Shown here: one piece after another, positions 7,726-17,884 of the stretch
Layout of the letters: each line of letters starts with the position of its first letter
How positions within the stretch are numbered: position 1 is the stretch's first letter
Assembly (NCBI GenBank): GCA_963828165.1
Contig: CAWHDR010000001.1
Location: 896,001-960,000 of the forward strand
Length of the DNA: 64,000 nt
Source: an uncultured Chloroflexia bacterium
Lineage (GTDB): Bacteria > Chloroflexota > Limnocylindria > Limnocylindrales > CSP1-4
Reading direction: 5' to 3'
Program-made: the position numbers and the translations under genes
The notes under the pieces: generated by a model
The model's database searches: none
What the model was told of the DNA's origin: nothing
Seen by the model: only the letters and a program-made list of their open reading frames with translations

Positions 7726-10700
7726 TCAGTTCCGCTCCGTGAGCCCCAGGCGGATGGCGACGGTCGCGGCCTCCACCCGCCCGGAGACGCGGAGCTTCGA
7801 GAGGATCTTGCCGACGTGCACGCCCACGGTCTTCTCGCTGATGAACAGCCGCTCGCCGATCTCGCGATTGGTCCGCCCCCGGGCGATCTGCATCAGCACC
7901 TCGCGCTCGCGACCGCTCAGGCCGAACGTGTCGCGCTTGGCGGGCACCTCCGGGCTGCCGGCCACACCCAGCATGAGCGCGGAGGGCTCGGTGCCGTTCG
8001 TGGGTGCGGGAGCGACGCCGGGGCCGACGGCCACCGGCGCCCGATCGCGAGACCCGTCGTCCGGGCTCGCCCCCACCAGGTCGTCGACCTGCGGCGGCAG
8101 GACGATGAGGGCCCGGCCGGCGAGCTCACGAAGCTCCCGCACCAGCGGGACCGCACCCAGCCCGAGCGCGATGTCGACCGCGTCCAGCAACGGCTTGCGG
8201 GCATCGGCCCGACCGGCGCGTCCGGCGCCCGAGGCGAGCCGGGCTTCCGCCTCTCGCCACCGGGCACGGGCGATCTCGTACGGGATCTTGAGCGCGGCCC
8301 AGGCATCGCCCACCTCGCGCCAGGTCTCGGGATCGTCTCGTCCGTCGACCCGGCGGCGGTAGGCACGCGCGGTCGCCAGCCACGCGTCCGCGAGACGGCG
8401 TGATCCGAGCGACGGGTCGACGCCGTGGCGCCGAACGACGGCCTCGGCCGACTTGACGACATCGCGCGCGCGTTCACGGGCACCCGCCAGGGAGGCAAGG
8501 TCGCGCTTCTCGCGGGCCTCGACGGCCGAGGCGGCCTCGACCTCGATCGCCGTCGCCGCGGTTCGAGCGGCGAGGATCCAGTCCTCGGTCTCGCGCACGA
8601 GCGTCCAGCCTCGATCGGCGGCCCGCCGGGCGTCGGCCAGGTCGCCGCGCCAGAGGGCGAAGGAGGCGGCGGCCAGGTGCAGCGGGACGGCCTGCTGGGC
8701 ATCGCGCACGGCCTCGAGCTCCAGGAGCGTCTGGCCCAGCAGCCGTCCGGCCGACTCGCCAGCGGACAGCTCGATCTCGACGGTCGCGAGCGACACGAGC
8801 GTGTTGAGGAAGTTGACCCCGGCCGGTAGCCACTCGAGGGCGGTCATGCTCTGCGACCGGGCCTCCTCCCAGCGCCCGAGCAGGAACAGCGAATCTGCAG
8901 CGTTGCCGCGCAGAAAATTGCCGTAAACCGCCTCCAGCCCGGCCGAGCGAGCCGCGGCGATGCCCTCGAACGCCACGGCCACGGCCTCTTCGTGGCGGCC
9001 CGCGAGGTCCAGCACCGTGGTCAGGTTGGCGTAGACCCGGAACAGCTCGTCGAGATCCCCGAGGGTCTCGGCCATGCGCCGCGCATCGGTCAGCATCGCG
9101 ACCGCGGCGTCGGGGTCCGCCCGCCAGCCCAGCGACACCCCGAGGGTGGTAGTGGCGTGCAGCTCCCAGATCGCGGCCGGCGGCTCGCAGGCCCGGGCGA
9201 TGCGGATGGCGTCGCGAGCGAGCTTCTCGGCGACGGAGAACGTGCCCTCCAGCATCCGGAGCTGGGCCAGCCCGGCGACGACCGCCGCCCGCGCGATCGA
9301 CGGCGTCGTGGGGACCAGGTCTACCGCGCGCCGTCGAGCGGCGACCGCTCCCTCGGCGTCGCCGGACACCCGCCGGAACTGGCCGAGCCGGTCGTAGATC
9401 AGGCCGAGGCGCGTGCGATCCTGGCGGGCATCGGCCGCCCCGATGGTCGCATCGAGGTAGGCCGCTGCCCGGACCGGTCGGTCCGCGGCGAACGCGGCTT
9501 CGGCGGCGCGGATCGCGAGGTCGGTCGGTCGCTGGCCCTCAGCGGTCGCGCCCCGGGCCGCGGCGCCGCGGGAGGCTCGCGGTCGCCGGCCCGCCCCCGC
9601 CGTCCCCTGCGCGGAGATCGCCAGCTCGAGAGCGGCCAGTTCGTCGGCCGGTGAGTCGACGGCGCCGGCCAGATCCGCCGCCGCGATGGCGACCCGACCG
9701 GCCGCAGCCGCATCCAGCGCGATCCCGTAGTGGTGCATCGCCATGAACGGCTGGTGCTCGACGGCTTGAGCGAGGGCGGCATGGTGGCGGATGCGCGCCG
9801 ACGGCAGCAGGTCCGCCTCCACCGCCCGGCCGACCAGCTCGTGGCGCAGGAAGACGCCGTCCTCGGTCTCGATCGCGAACCCATGGGCCAGGGCCTCCTC
9901 GAGCCCGGCGGCGAGATCCGCGTCGAGGACCCCGTCGCCGTGCCGTGGCCCGCTCGACGAACGCGGCGGTCCACTGGTGGCATCCGCCTCGAACGCCTCC
10001 GCGACCGCGGCCACCGTGGCCCGCGACAGCGGGCGACCGGCGGGGGCCAGCAGGCGAAGCACGCGCCGGGTCTCGATGGAGCGGACGGCCATCCGGGCCA
10101 GCACCAGGTCCTCGAACGTGGACGTCAGGGAGACCGTCGGCAGCTCGCGCCGGGCGGCCAGGAGCTCCTCGGCCACGAGCGGGCGACCGCCGGACCGTTC
10201 CACGACCACGACCAGGACGCTGGCCGATGGCGGCTCCCCCTCGATGGCCTCGATGAGGCGCGCCAGGTCGTCCCGGCCGAGCGGCCCGAGGGTCAGGCGG
10301 TTCGGCTGGCGCGGGGCCCCCTCGAGGGACCGCAGGTCAATGGCCCACGGGTCGTCACGGCGGATCGCATCGGCCTGGTAGGTGCCGACGATCGCCAGGC
10401 GCTGGGCGCGGGCGATCCGGGCGAGGAACGTGGCGAGCGTGCGGGTCCCCGCGTCCGCGCGATGCAGGTCTTCGATCACCAGCAGGATCGGGCGCCGCTC
10501 TCCCAGACGTCCAAGGACACCCAGGATCCCCTCGAGCAGACGGGCCTGGCGGCGCTCGGGCACCGTCGTCAGGCGCTGACTTCCATCGTCGCGGGAGCCC
10601 AGGCGCGCGTCGAGCTCGGGCATGAGCCGGAGGAGCTCGTCGGTCGCGCTGCCCATGATCCAGGACAGTTCGGCATCCGGGAGGGATGCGAGCTCCGGGC

Positions 10701-10959
10701 GCAGCGCTCGGACCAGGGGCGCATACGGCTCATCGGTGGATGCACCGAAGGCGCACCCGCGAAGCACCGTCATGGGCTCCTCGAGCGCCGCGACCCGGCG
10801 GATCGACTCGTCGATGAACCTCGTCGTGCCGACGCCGGACGTGCCGTCGATCAGCAGCGTCCCGGCGTCGCCGGCACTCGCCGATTGAAGGACGGAGGCG
10901 AGCCTGGCGAACGCGTCCTCCCGCCCCACGAACCGAGCGCTCGTGAAGGTCACCGGCAT
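7726..10959 (-). CDS. Large AAA+ ATPase / TPR / LuxR-HTH transcriptional regulator
   Basis: FVGRE, GTSGVGTT Walker A variant, LLVIEDLHRAD, C-terminal LSGREREVL...TNREIGERLFISEKTV. Confidence 0.92.
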   Translation of the reverse strand: MPVTFTSARFVGREDAFARLASVLQSASAGDAGTLLIDGTSGVGTTRFIDESIRRVAALEEPMTVLRGCAFGASTDEPYAPLVRALRPELASLPDAELSWIMGSATDELLRLMPELDARLGSRDDGSQRLTTVPERRQARLLEGILGVLGRLGERRPILLVIEDLHRADAGTRTLATFLARIARAQRLAIVGTYQADAIRRDDPWAIDLRSLEGAPRQPNRLTLGPLGRDDLARLIEAIEGEPPSASVLVVVVERSGGRPLVAEELLAARRELPTVSLTSTFEDLVLARMAVRSIETRRVLRLLAPAGRPLSRATVAAVAEAFEADATSGPPRSSSGPRHGDGVLDADLAAGLEEALAHGFAIETEDGVFLRHELVGRAVEADLLPSARIRHHAALAQAVEHQPFMAMHHYGIALDAAAAGRVAIAAADLAGAVDSPADELAALELAISAQGTAGAGRRPRASRGAAARGATAEGQRPTDLAIRAAEAAFAADRPVRAAAYLDATIGAADARQDRTRLGLIYDRLGQFRRVSGDAEGAVAARRRAVDLVPTTPSIARAAVVAGLAQLRMLEGTFSVAEKLARDAIRIARACEPPAAIWELHATTTLGVSLGWRADPDAAVAMLTDARRMAETLGDLDELFRVYANLTTVLDLAGRHEEAVAVAFEGIAAARSAGLEAVYGNFLRGNAADSLFLLGRWEEARSQSMTALEWLPAGVNFLNTLVSLATVEIELSAGESAGRLLGQTLLELEAVRDAQQAVPLHLAAASFALWRGDLADARRAADRGWTLVRETEDWILAARTAATAIEVEAASAVEAREKRDLASLAGARERARDVVKSAEAVVRRHGVDPSLGSRRLADAWLATARAYRRRVDGRDDPETWREVGDAWAALKIPYEIARARWREAEARLASGAGRAGRADARKPLLDAVDIALGLGAVPLVRELRELAGRALIVLPPQVDDLVGASPDDGSRDRAPVAVGPGVAPAPTNGTEPSALMLGVAGSPEVPAKRDTFGLSGREREVLMQIARGRTNREIGERLFISEKTVGVHVGKILSKLRVSGRVEAATVAIRLGLTERN

Positions 10960-11064
10960 TTCGGCATTCTAGTCGGCGGCGTAAGCCGTCTAGACAGCGG
11001 CTCAGCAGGCGGACTCCGCGGCCTGCGCCGCGTTCGTACGGGCCGCTCGGCTACGCTGCACCGC

Positions 11065-12009
11065 GTGACCGACGGCCGCCGAGCCCCGCACCCCGCCAAC
11101 GAGCTCAACGAGCTGCCCGGGGAGGAATGGCTCTACTTCACGAAGTCGGTCATGACCACGGCCTACCCGTCCGAGCTCGGGCACGCTGCACGCAAGGCGC
11201 ACGGAGCGAACAAGCCGCCGCGCCTGATGGCCCGCCTCATCGAGTTCTTCACTCGAACCGGTGAGCTCGTGCTCGACCCATTCGCCGGGGTCGGCGGGAC
11301 GCTACTGGGCGCGGGCATCGCGCGGGGCCCGCGACGCGCCCTCGGCATCGAGCTCGATCCGCGCTGGGCCGACGTCTATGGCCGGGTGGTGGCCGATCTC
11401 GCGGCGGAGCGCGACGGAAGCGGCCCGCTCATCGCAGACCTCGGCACGGCCGATCCGGGCGGCGTCCGAACCTTCGACCCCGGTGGTCTCGAGCTTCGGG
11501 TGGGCGATGCGCTGGCCATGCTCCCGGAGCTGGAGGACGCCTCGGTCGATCTCGTGGCGACCGACCCGCCGTACAACATCCAGCTGCCGCTCACGATGGC
11601 GGGTGGGCGGCTGGCGGAGACGCACGCAAACCGGCGGACCGACTACGCGATGATCAGCGACGCACCGGCAGATCTCGCCAATGCGCCCGACTACGCCACC
11701 TACCTGGACCGGATGGAGTCCGTGTTCGCGGAGCTCGCCCGGGTGCTACGGCCGGGTCGGTACGCGGTCGTCATCGTCCGCGATGCCTACCAGGACGGGC
11801 GCTATCAGTTCGTCGGGTCGGATCTGGCGGCGAGAGCGGATGCGGCCGGGCTCGTGCCCAAGGGTGACCTCATCTGGCACCAGGCCGGAACGCGGCTGCG
11901 ACCGTACGGGTATCCGCGGGCGTTCGTCCCGAACATCGCCCACCAGCACATCCTCGTGCTCCGGCGAGAACCGGGAAGCGGTCAGGCGCGGCGGCGACTC
12001 TCGAGATAG
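11065..12009 (+). CDS. SAM-dependent amino-methyltransferase (N6/N4 DNA MTase or Trm11-like), orphan
   Basis: [28 protein letters not shown] (motif X/I) precedes ATDPPY (motif IV); GTG start 11065. Confidence 0.8.
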   Translation: MTDGRRAPHPANELNELPGEEWLYFTKSVMTTAYPSELGHAARKAHGANKPPRLMARLIEFFTRTGELVLDPFAGVGGTLLGAGIARGPRRALGIELDPRWADVYGRVVADLAAERDGSGPLIADLGTADPGGVRTFDPGGLELRVGDALAMLPELEDASVDLVATDPPYNIQLPLTMAGGRLAETHANRRTDYAMISDAPADLANAPDYATYLDRMESVFAELARVLRPGRYAVVIVRDAYQDGRYQFVGSDLAARADAAGLVPKGDLIWHQAGTRLRPYGYPRAFVPNIAHQHILVLRREPGSGQARRRLSR

Positions 12010-13628
12010 GCGGTCAGGACATCGCCGTCGACGTCGTCGCCCATCGTCCAGGTCTCGGCGGCGATCGGCATGGTGGCGGTGGGCGAGCTCTGCTGGAGCG
12101 GTTCGCCGACGACCTCGCCAAGCGTCATCTTGTGGATCCAGCCCTGGCGCCCGTCCGGGCACAGCACGAGCCAGTAGACGCCGTGCTTCTCGAGCAGCTG
12201 GACCTCGTCGCCCTGGTCCAGGAAGCCGATCTCGGCGCCGCGCAGCTCGTCGGGCGAGTCGAGCAGTCGGACGACGTTGTAGCCGATCAGGCGACGCTCG
12301 CGTCCATCGAGCGCCCCGACGAGGCCATGGTCGAAGGTCAATCGCGGTGCGGGAGCCGATTGATCTCGCACCGGGTCGGCGCGGCGCGCTTCGAGCAGGG
12401 ACGGGCGGCGCCAGCGGGGCAACGCCAGCTCAGGATCGAGCAGGAGGGCGGCGGCGGCCGCATCGGGCGACGGCTCATCTGCGAAGCCATAGGGGTTGGT
12501 GACGACGACGCCACTGGCCGCGGCCGCGGCAAGGACGTCATCTGGACCGGGGGCCTCGCCCTCACGACGACGCTTGCCGAACACGCCGAAGGCCATCGCG
12601 GTCGTCACAATGCCGGTCGTCGTCACGAGGGTCGCGACGAGGCCGAGCGGCAGGACCGGCCGCGCGCCCTCGAGCGCTGACATCGCGGAGGCGATCGCGG
12701 CGAACGGACCCGGGTCGGTGGCGCCCGCGGAGGTCGTTCCGCCACCTCCGCCCCGGCTGTCCGGGTGTCCGCCCGTTCCGTCGGTGCCGTCACCCGGCGC
12801 ACCGGCGGCGGGCACGAAGGCGATGCCGCCGTCACTCGGGGCGGCGGATGGTCCTGGATCGGCGCTCGCGGCCGGAGTCGCACTTGACCCCGGCACGGGC
12901 TCGGTCGGGGAGTCGGTCGGCGCGATCGTGACGCCGGTCGGCGCGGCCGTCGGTGTCGGGGTGGGTCGCGCGGTGGACACGGGTTCGGGCGTCGGCGTGG
13001 CGGGCCTGGGCGTCGCGGCCGGGGGCGCGGTGGGGGGGACGGTGGCCCTCGGGGCCGCAGTCGGCCGCGGCGTAGGTTTGGGGGTGGGCTTCGGCGTTGG
13101 CTTGGGGGTGGGCTTCGGCGTTGGCTTGGGGGTTGGTTTCGGGGTCGGCTTCGGGGTCGGCTTGGGTGTCGGCGCCGGCGTCGGGGGCACGGTGATCGTC
13201 ACGGACCCGCCGGCCAGGGTGTCGTCGAACCGGTCGCGGCCCATCGAGAGGAACGTCACGGTGTGGGTTCCCGCCGGCAGCTTGCCGGACCAGGTGAAGG
13301 ACACGCCTCGTTTCCAGTCGCTGCCGCCGGCGCTCATGGCGTGCGTGGCTCCGGCGACCCTGACGCGGACCCAGTCGGCGGGCGATCCCTCGCGGTTTCG
13401 GTAGGTGACCGCGAAGGCGATCGTGGTCTGCGTCATCCCTGCGCGCGGTGACACGGACGGATCAGATAGTCGCGTCGGAGCGGCTGATGCCGGCGCCACC
13501 AGGGCGAGGAGCAGGGCGAGCGCCACGACCCATGCCCCAAGCGTGGCGCGCGCGCCCCCACGGAGAGAGGCGACGAGCCCGGGTCGCGTGCGCGCGGGGA
13601 TAACCTGGGAGGGGTTCGATCGGAGCAT
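11982..13628 (-). CDS. Secreted or membrane-anchored protein with Pro/Thr linker, TM helix and C-terminal SH3b-like domain
   Basis: Signal-like [13 protein letters not shown], (PTPK)n, TM + [30 protein letters not shown]; start uncertain. Confidence 0.75.
   Translation of the reverse strand: MLRSNPSQVIPARTRPGLVASLRGGARATLGAWVVALALLLALVAPASAAPTRLSDPSVSPRAGMTQTTIAFAVTYRNREGSPADWVRVRVAGATHAMSAGGSDWKRGVSFTWSGKLPAGTHTVTFLSMGRDRFDDTLAGGSVTITVPPTPAPTPKPTPKPTPKPTPKPTPKPTPKPTPKPTPKPTPRPTAAPRATVPPTAPPAATPRPATPTPEPVSTARPTPTPTAAPTGVTIAPTDSPTEPVPGSSATPAASADPGPSAAPSDGGIAFVPAAGAPGDGTDGTGGHPDSRGGGGGTTSAGATDPGPFAAIASAMSALEGARPVLPLGLVATLVTTTGIVTTAMAFGVFGKRRREGEAPGPDDVLAAAAASGVVVTNPYGFADEPSPDAAAAALLLDPELALPRWRRPSLLEARRADPVRDQSAPAPRLTFDHGLVGALDGRERRLIGYNVVRLLDSPDELRGAEIGFLDQGDEVQLLEKHGVYWLVLCPDGRQGWIHKMTLGEVVGEPLQQSSPTATMPIAAETWTMGDDVDGDVLTAYLESRRRA
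13068..13172 (-). repeat. 12-bp coding tandem repeat encoding (PTPK) about 8-9 times
   Basis: Degenerate ggggtgggcttc / ggcgttggcttg units. Confidence 0.85.
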
Positions 13629-13828
13629 CCTGATCGGGAGGATGGGGCCGCTCCGGGGGGCGGGCAATGGTACGGGGGTCCGGTGCGACCCAGCCGACAT
13701 GCCGCATGCTCCCGCCACCCGCTGGGCGGTGCGGTGGACTCCGGTGTGGCGGATGGTCCAACCGGCCGAGCCGGTTACCCCCGTTCGGTCATTGAGCCCG
13801 TGGGCGCGCGCGATGGAGGATGGCCGCC

Positions 13829-14578
13829 ATGGATGTCATCTCCCGATCCCGCCCGCTGACACGGGCGACGCTCGTCCCGATGATGAGCGGCACGGTGCTT
13901 GGCGCCCTGTTCATCGTCGGCGGCCTCGCCCTCGCCTATGTCGCCTTCGCGACACCCTTCCTCGGCCTGGCGCTGCCATCGGGTCGGCCTGACCCCATCC
14001 AGATCGCGTTCGGCATCACCACCTGGGCTGTGGCGCTGGTCGCGCCCGCTGGGTTCGTCCTGGCCGGCGCCAATCGCCTCGCCCGCAATCTCGCCTCCGC
14101 CCGCGGCCGCACACCGCGCCGGTCGGTCGCGCTGAAGGAGCTCGAGAGCCTGCCCGACGACTTCACCGTGGCCAGCGGGCTGACCCTGGCCGACGGACGC
14201 GGCGTGTCCGAGCTGGTGATCGGCCCGTTCGGTGCTGCCGTGATCCGCGAGCTGCCGCCGTCCGCTGTCACGCGGGTCCAGGGCGACAGCTGGCAGGTCC
14301 GTGGGGCGCGAGGGTGGATCTCGCTCGAGAACCCGCTGGAGCGGGCCACGAGGGATGCTGAACGCGTCCGCCACTGGCTGACCGAAGACGACGACTACCT
14401 CGTGAAGGTGTACGCAGCGGTGGTCGGGCCAGACTCGTCGGTCGCGCGAACCTCGGCCTGTGCGGTCCTCACCCCGGACCAGCTGGCTTCCTGGATCACC
14501 GCGCTGCCGGCGCAACGGGGCCTCACCCCGGGGCGCCACAGCCGCGTTCTTGACCTGGTCCGCGCCGCCGCGCCTTGA
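13829..14578 (+). CDS. Membrane protein with possible NERD-like (nuclease-related) domain
   Basis: Two TM helices, then LPDDFTV...[13 protein letters not shown]...ENPLERA; GGAGG RBS. Confidence 0.6.
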   Translation: MDVISRSRPLTRATLVPMMSGTVLGALFIVGGLALAYVAFATPFLGLALPSGRPDPIQIAFGITTWAVALVAPAGFVLAGANRLARNLASARGRTPRRSVALKELESLPDDFTVASGLTLADGRGVSELVIGPFGAAVIRELPPSAVTRVQGDSWQVRGARGWISLENPLERATRDAERVRHWLTEDDDYLVKVYAAVVGPDSSVARTSACAVLTPDQLASWITALPAQRGLTPGRHSRVLDLVRAAAP

Positions 14579-14673
14579 CTGGCTGATCCGCGGATCCCGA
14601 CCCGCGTCGCTGCGCGTAGATCGTCGCGCCACTCCCCCCAGCGATGGCGCGAGGCATAGACTTACGGACCGAT

Positions 14674-14751
14674 GGGGGAGTAGCCCAGTTGGTTAGAGGC
14701 GCCGAGCTTATACCTCGGAAGTCGGTGGTTCGAGTCCACCCTCCCCTACCA
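14674..14751 (+). tRNA. tRNA-Ile, anticodon UAU (TAT)
   Basis: Acceptor GGGGGAG/CTCCCCT, D-arm, anticodon arm CCGAG-CT-TAT-AC-CTCGG, T-arm GGTGG-TTCGAGT-CCACC, discriminator A, encoded CCA; TAGACT -10-like box upstream. Confidence 0.93.
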
Positions 14752-14831
14752 AGGAACCCTCGGACATGCGCGCACGTTCCCCGCCTGGACCGTGTGGGTT
14801 GCGCCCTACCTGGGGCGCTCGGACCGCCGCG

Positions 14832-15143
14832 TCAGTCGCCGTTGAGCAGCTTCCCCGCGATGGATTTCAGGTTGAGCGCGCGCGGCCGGAGGCCAGGTGG
14901 CGGGGCGTCGCCGTCGTGCCCGGGGGCACCGTCGCGACCCTCGACGATGGCGCCGCCGGGTGCCCAGGCTCGGGCCGGCAGGGTCGACGCGAAGTCCCGC
15001 TCATCGTCGGTCATGAAGGCGTCGATCGGCAGGTCGTCCGGATCGAACGGCCGGGCCACCGTGGCGACCGGGCCGGGCGGCCGCGCATAGGCCGGGGCTC
15101 CGTAGAGCTTGGGCAACGCGACGTGTTGCTCATCGATGGACAA
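14832..15143 (-). CDS. Hypothetical protein
   Basis: Plausible ORF (LPKLYGAPAYARP...PFDPDDLPI) with host-like codon use. Confidence 0.6.
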   Translation of the reverse strand: MSIDEQHVALPKLYGAPAYARPPGPVATVARPFDPDDLPIDAFMTDDERDFASTLPARAWAPGGAIVEGRDGAPGHDGDAPPPGLRPRALNLKSIAGKLLNGD

Positions 15144-15310
15144 CGCAGGGATCCTCGAACCGTGTTCGCTGGCGACCGGATACCCGGCACCAACTCGGAT
15201 GATAGCCAGCGGAGAGTACCGCGGAATGGTACGAATGGCCCAGATTCGTCACGCGGACATTTCGCAAGTGGTGCGTCTACGCCACACCTGCGGACGGTCG
15301 GTCTTCGGCC

Positions 15311-15736
15311 TCAACCGAGCAGCGGCCGGACGATCTGGATCGCCGCCACCATGACGAGCCAGGCGATCGGCACGGCGGCGAAGAAGCCCAGGGCCGCGCT
15401 CCAGGCGCTCCGGCGGCGGATCGTGCCAGAACCGGTCGGCTGCGGCACGACGAGGTACGTGACCACGGAACCCACCAGCAGGACCAGGACGGCGTAGCCC
15501 GCCAGCGCGAGCACACGGAGATCGCCGCCCGGGAGGACGGCACCTCGGCTGAGCGCGACGTCGTACACCACGTACAAGGCCGCGAACCCGCTGGCCACGA
15601 TCAGGCTCGAGAGCACCGCCCGAACGACTGGCCGGGGGGCGCGGCGGAACTGTCGCCAGCGCACCTCGGCCCACGAGCGCTGTCGGATGGCGACGGGAGG
15701 TTCAGGCCGGCCAGCGGCACCCGATGGCGTCGTCAT
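15311..15736 (-). CDS. Hypothetical membrane protein
   Basis: Three hydrophobic segments; ATGA overlap with the upstream aminotransferase. Confidence 0.7.
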   Translation of the reverse strand: MTTPSGAAGRPEPPVAIRQRSWAEVRWRQFRRAPRPVVRAVLSSLIVASGFAALYVVYDVALSRGAVLPGGDLRVLALAGYAVLVLLVGSVVTYLVVPQPTGSGTIRRRSAWSAALGFFAAVPIAWLVMVAAIQIVRPLLG

Positions 15737-16971
15737 CCTTCGCCCAGGATCGTCAACCGCCGTCGCGGGGGCAACGTCGTCGGCGTGTGGGCGGCCACGA
15801 GCGTGACCGCCTCGATGAATCGCTCGAGCTCCACCTCCGACGTGAAGAACCCGACGCTGATTCGCAGGGCGTCGAGGTGCGGCACGGTGCGCGCGACGGC
15901 GAAGACCCGGGCACCGAGCTCATCGAGCGCCGCCTCCGCAGGCCAGCCGACGATCCGGAACGTGACGAGGTTTGCCATGTGGTCACGCGGCGTCACGAGC
16001 TCGACCCCGGGGACGGCGGCCAACCGGTCGGCCGCGAGCCGGGCCATGGCGGCGCCGCGCTCGTAGATCCAATCGAGCCCGACGAACATGCTCAGCCACC
16101 CGATCGAACGCGCCATCCCGACGATCGACGGCCGATGGAAGTTCGAGGACTCGAAGCGTCGCGCGTCCCGCCAGCCCACAGCCGCGCCCGCAGGGTCGAC
16201 GGTCTCGAAGGAGAAGAACCCCCCGAACGAGGGCAGCAGGCGATCGCGCACCCCGGGCGCGACGGCAATGGCACCCATCCCCTCCGGGCCGAGCAGCCAT
16301 TTCTGCGCCGACACCGCATAGACGTCGGCGCCGGTTGCCGCCAGCTCGACCGGGATGGCGCCGGCGCCCTGGGCCCCGTCCACGATCAAGAGCGCTCCGC
16401 GCGCATGGGCGATCTCGGCGATGCCGGCGATGGGCACGACCGCGCCGGTCGCCCACAGGACATGCGAGACGGCCACGAGCCTCGTTCGCTCGTCGATCGC
16501 CGCGTCGAACGCGGTCAGCATCGCTTCCTGACTGGCCGCGGCGCCGATATCCACGTACGCGATCTCGATCCCGAATCGTTCGCGCAGGTTGTGGAGGGCA
16601 CCCGTGCCGCCAGGATGCTCGAGTCCGGTCGTGACCGCGCGATCGCCAGCCTTCCAGTCGATCGACCACGCGCCGATGTTCATGCCGTCCGTGGCCGAGT
16701 GGGTCAGGGCGATATCGGCCGCATCGGCGACGAGCACCGCGGCGACCGCAGCGCGGGCTTCGGCCATCCGCTGGAGTGTGTCGAGCCAGTAATCGGGGTG
16801 GGCGCGACCCGTCGTGAGCTCGTACGTCGCGATCTCATTCATCGCGGCAGCCGTCTCGGCGGGAATCGGACCCACGGAACCCGTGTTCAGGTAGATGCCG
16901 GCCTCGAGGGCGGGGAGGGCCGCCCGGACCGCGGCCAGGCGGTCCGCATCAGGCGGGAACGGGGCGACCAC
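15733..16971 (-). CDS. Class V PLP-dependent enzyme (SufS/CefD/EgtE-like)
   Basis: IYLNTGSVGP, SATDG, VDGAQGAG, SAQKWLLGPEG (PLP lysine); GTG start about 16971. Confidence 0.88.
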   Translation of the reverse strand: MVAPFPPDADRLAAVRAALPALEAGIYLNTGSVGPIPAETAAAMNEIATYELTTGRAHPDYWLDTLQRMAEARAAVAAVLVADAADIALTHSATDGMNIGAWSIDWKAGDRAVTTGLEHPGGTGALHNLRERFGIEIAYVDIGAAASQEAMLTAFDAAIDERTRLVAVSHVLWATGAVVPIAGIAEIAHARGALLIVDGAQGAGAIPVELAATGADVYAVSAQKWLLGPEGMGAIAVAPGVRDRLLPSFGGFFSFETVDPAGAAVGWRDARRFESSNFHRPSIVGMARSIGWLSMFVGLDWIYERGAAMARLAADRLAAVPGVELVTPRDHMANLVTFRIVGWPAEAALDELGARVFAVARTVPHLDALRISVGFFTSEVELERFIEAVTLVAAHTPTTLPPRRRLTILGEG

Positions 16972-16989
16972 GGCCGTATGATACCGACG

Positions 16990-17841
16990 ATGTCCGGCCT
17001 GGCCCGTCCCGAGCTCGTCGCAACCACCGAGTGGTTGGCCGAGAATCTGGGCCGGCAGGGCGTACGACTCCTCGATGCGCGCTGGCGACCGGACGGGACT
17101 GGCGTGCAGGTCCACCGGGCCGGCCAGATCCCCGGTGCCCGCTACATCGACTGGCGGGCAGACCTTGCCGACGACGCCGAGGACTCCGACGCCATCCGGC
17201 TGGCAACGCCGGACCGGATCGGCGAGGTCGCGTCGCGGGTCGGCATCGGCGACGGCACGACGGTCGTCATCTACGACGACACCCAGGGGCTGTACGCGGC
17301 GCGCGTGTGGTGGTCGTTCCAGGCCTACGGGCTCGCGCAGGTACGCATCCTCGACGGGGGGTTCCCGGCCTGGCAGGCAGAGAACCGCCCGATCTCCCGC
17401 GGCCTGAACGATGGGATCGAGCTACCCGTCGTCCCGTTCACCCCGCGCGGACCGAACCGCATGCATCTGACGACCTCCGACGTCCGCGCGATGCTCGGCG
17501 CGCCGAGCGTGGCGCTCCTCGACGCGCGAGCGCCGGCCGAGTATCGCGGCTACGAGGGCAACACTCGGCGGCTCGGGCATATCCCGGGCGCAGTCAACGT
17601 GCCGGTCGGCAACATGCATGAATCCGGTAGCCAACGCCTCCGCAGCGGCGACGAGCTCCGCAGCCTCCTGCATGCGGCAAACGTGAGCCGCGGCCGTCGG
17701 ATGGTGGCCTACGACGGGTCAGGGGTGGCTGCGGCGAAGCTGGCCTTCGTCCTGATGCTGCTCGGGCACGACGATGTCGCCGTGTACGACGGCGGCTGGG
17801 CCGAATGGGGGAACCGCCTGGACTTGCCGGTCGACCGGTAG
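16990..17841 (+). CDS. Tandem-domain rhodanese/SseA-like protein lacking the catalytic Cys
   Basis: LLDARW, QIPGA, AARVWW, LDGG, LLDAR..EY.G, GHIPGA, YDGGWAEWG; active-site loop reads YDGSGVAA. Confidence 0.88.
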   Translation: MSGLARPELVATTEWLAENLGRQGVRLLDARWRPDGTGVQVHRAGQIPGARYIDWRADLADDAEDSDAIRLATPDRIGEVASRVGIGDGTTVVIYDDTQGLYAARVWWSFQAYGLAQVRILDGGFPAWQAENRPISRGLNDGIELPVVPFTPRGPNRMHLTTSDVRAMLGAPSVALLDARAPAEYRGYEGNTRRLGHIPGAVNVPVGNMHESGSQRLRSGDELRSLLHAANVSRGRRMVAYDGSGVAAAKLAFVLMLLGHDDVAVYDGGWAEWGNRLDLPVDR

Positions 17842-17884
17842 CGGGCGCGCCGTCGACGAGGTCGCGTTCAGCGTCCCCGAACGT

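Noticed and set aside
9730-11064. Long antisense or alternative-frame ORFs (also 25391-27343, 37986-39551, 56250-57788)
   Set aside because: Shadow ORFs expected at high GC, lying opposite well-supported genes.
13068-13172. CRISPR-like or VNTR array
   Set aside because: Codon-degenerate repeat encoding PTPK, with no spacers and no cas genes.
14674-14830. tRNA as an integration site for an island
   Set aside because: No integrase, and I saw no duplicated tRNA 3' end in the window.
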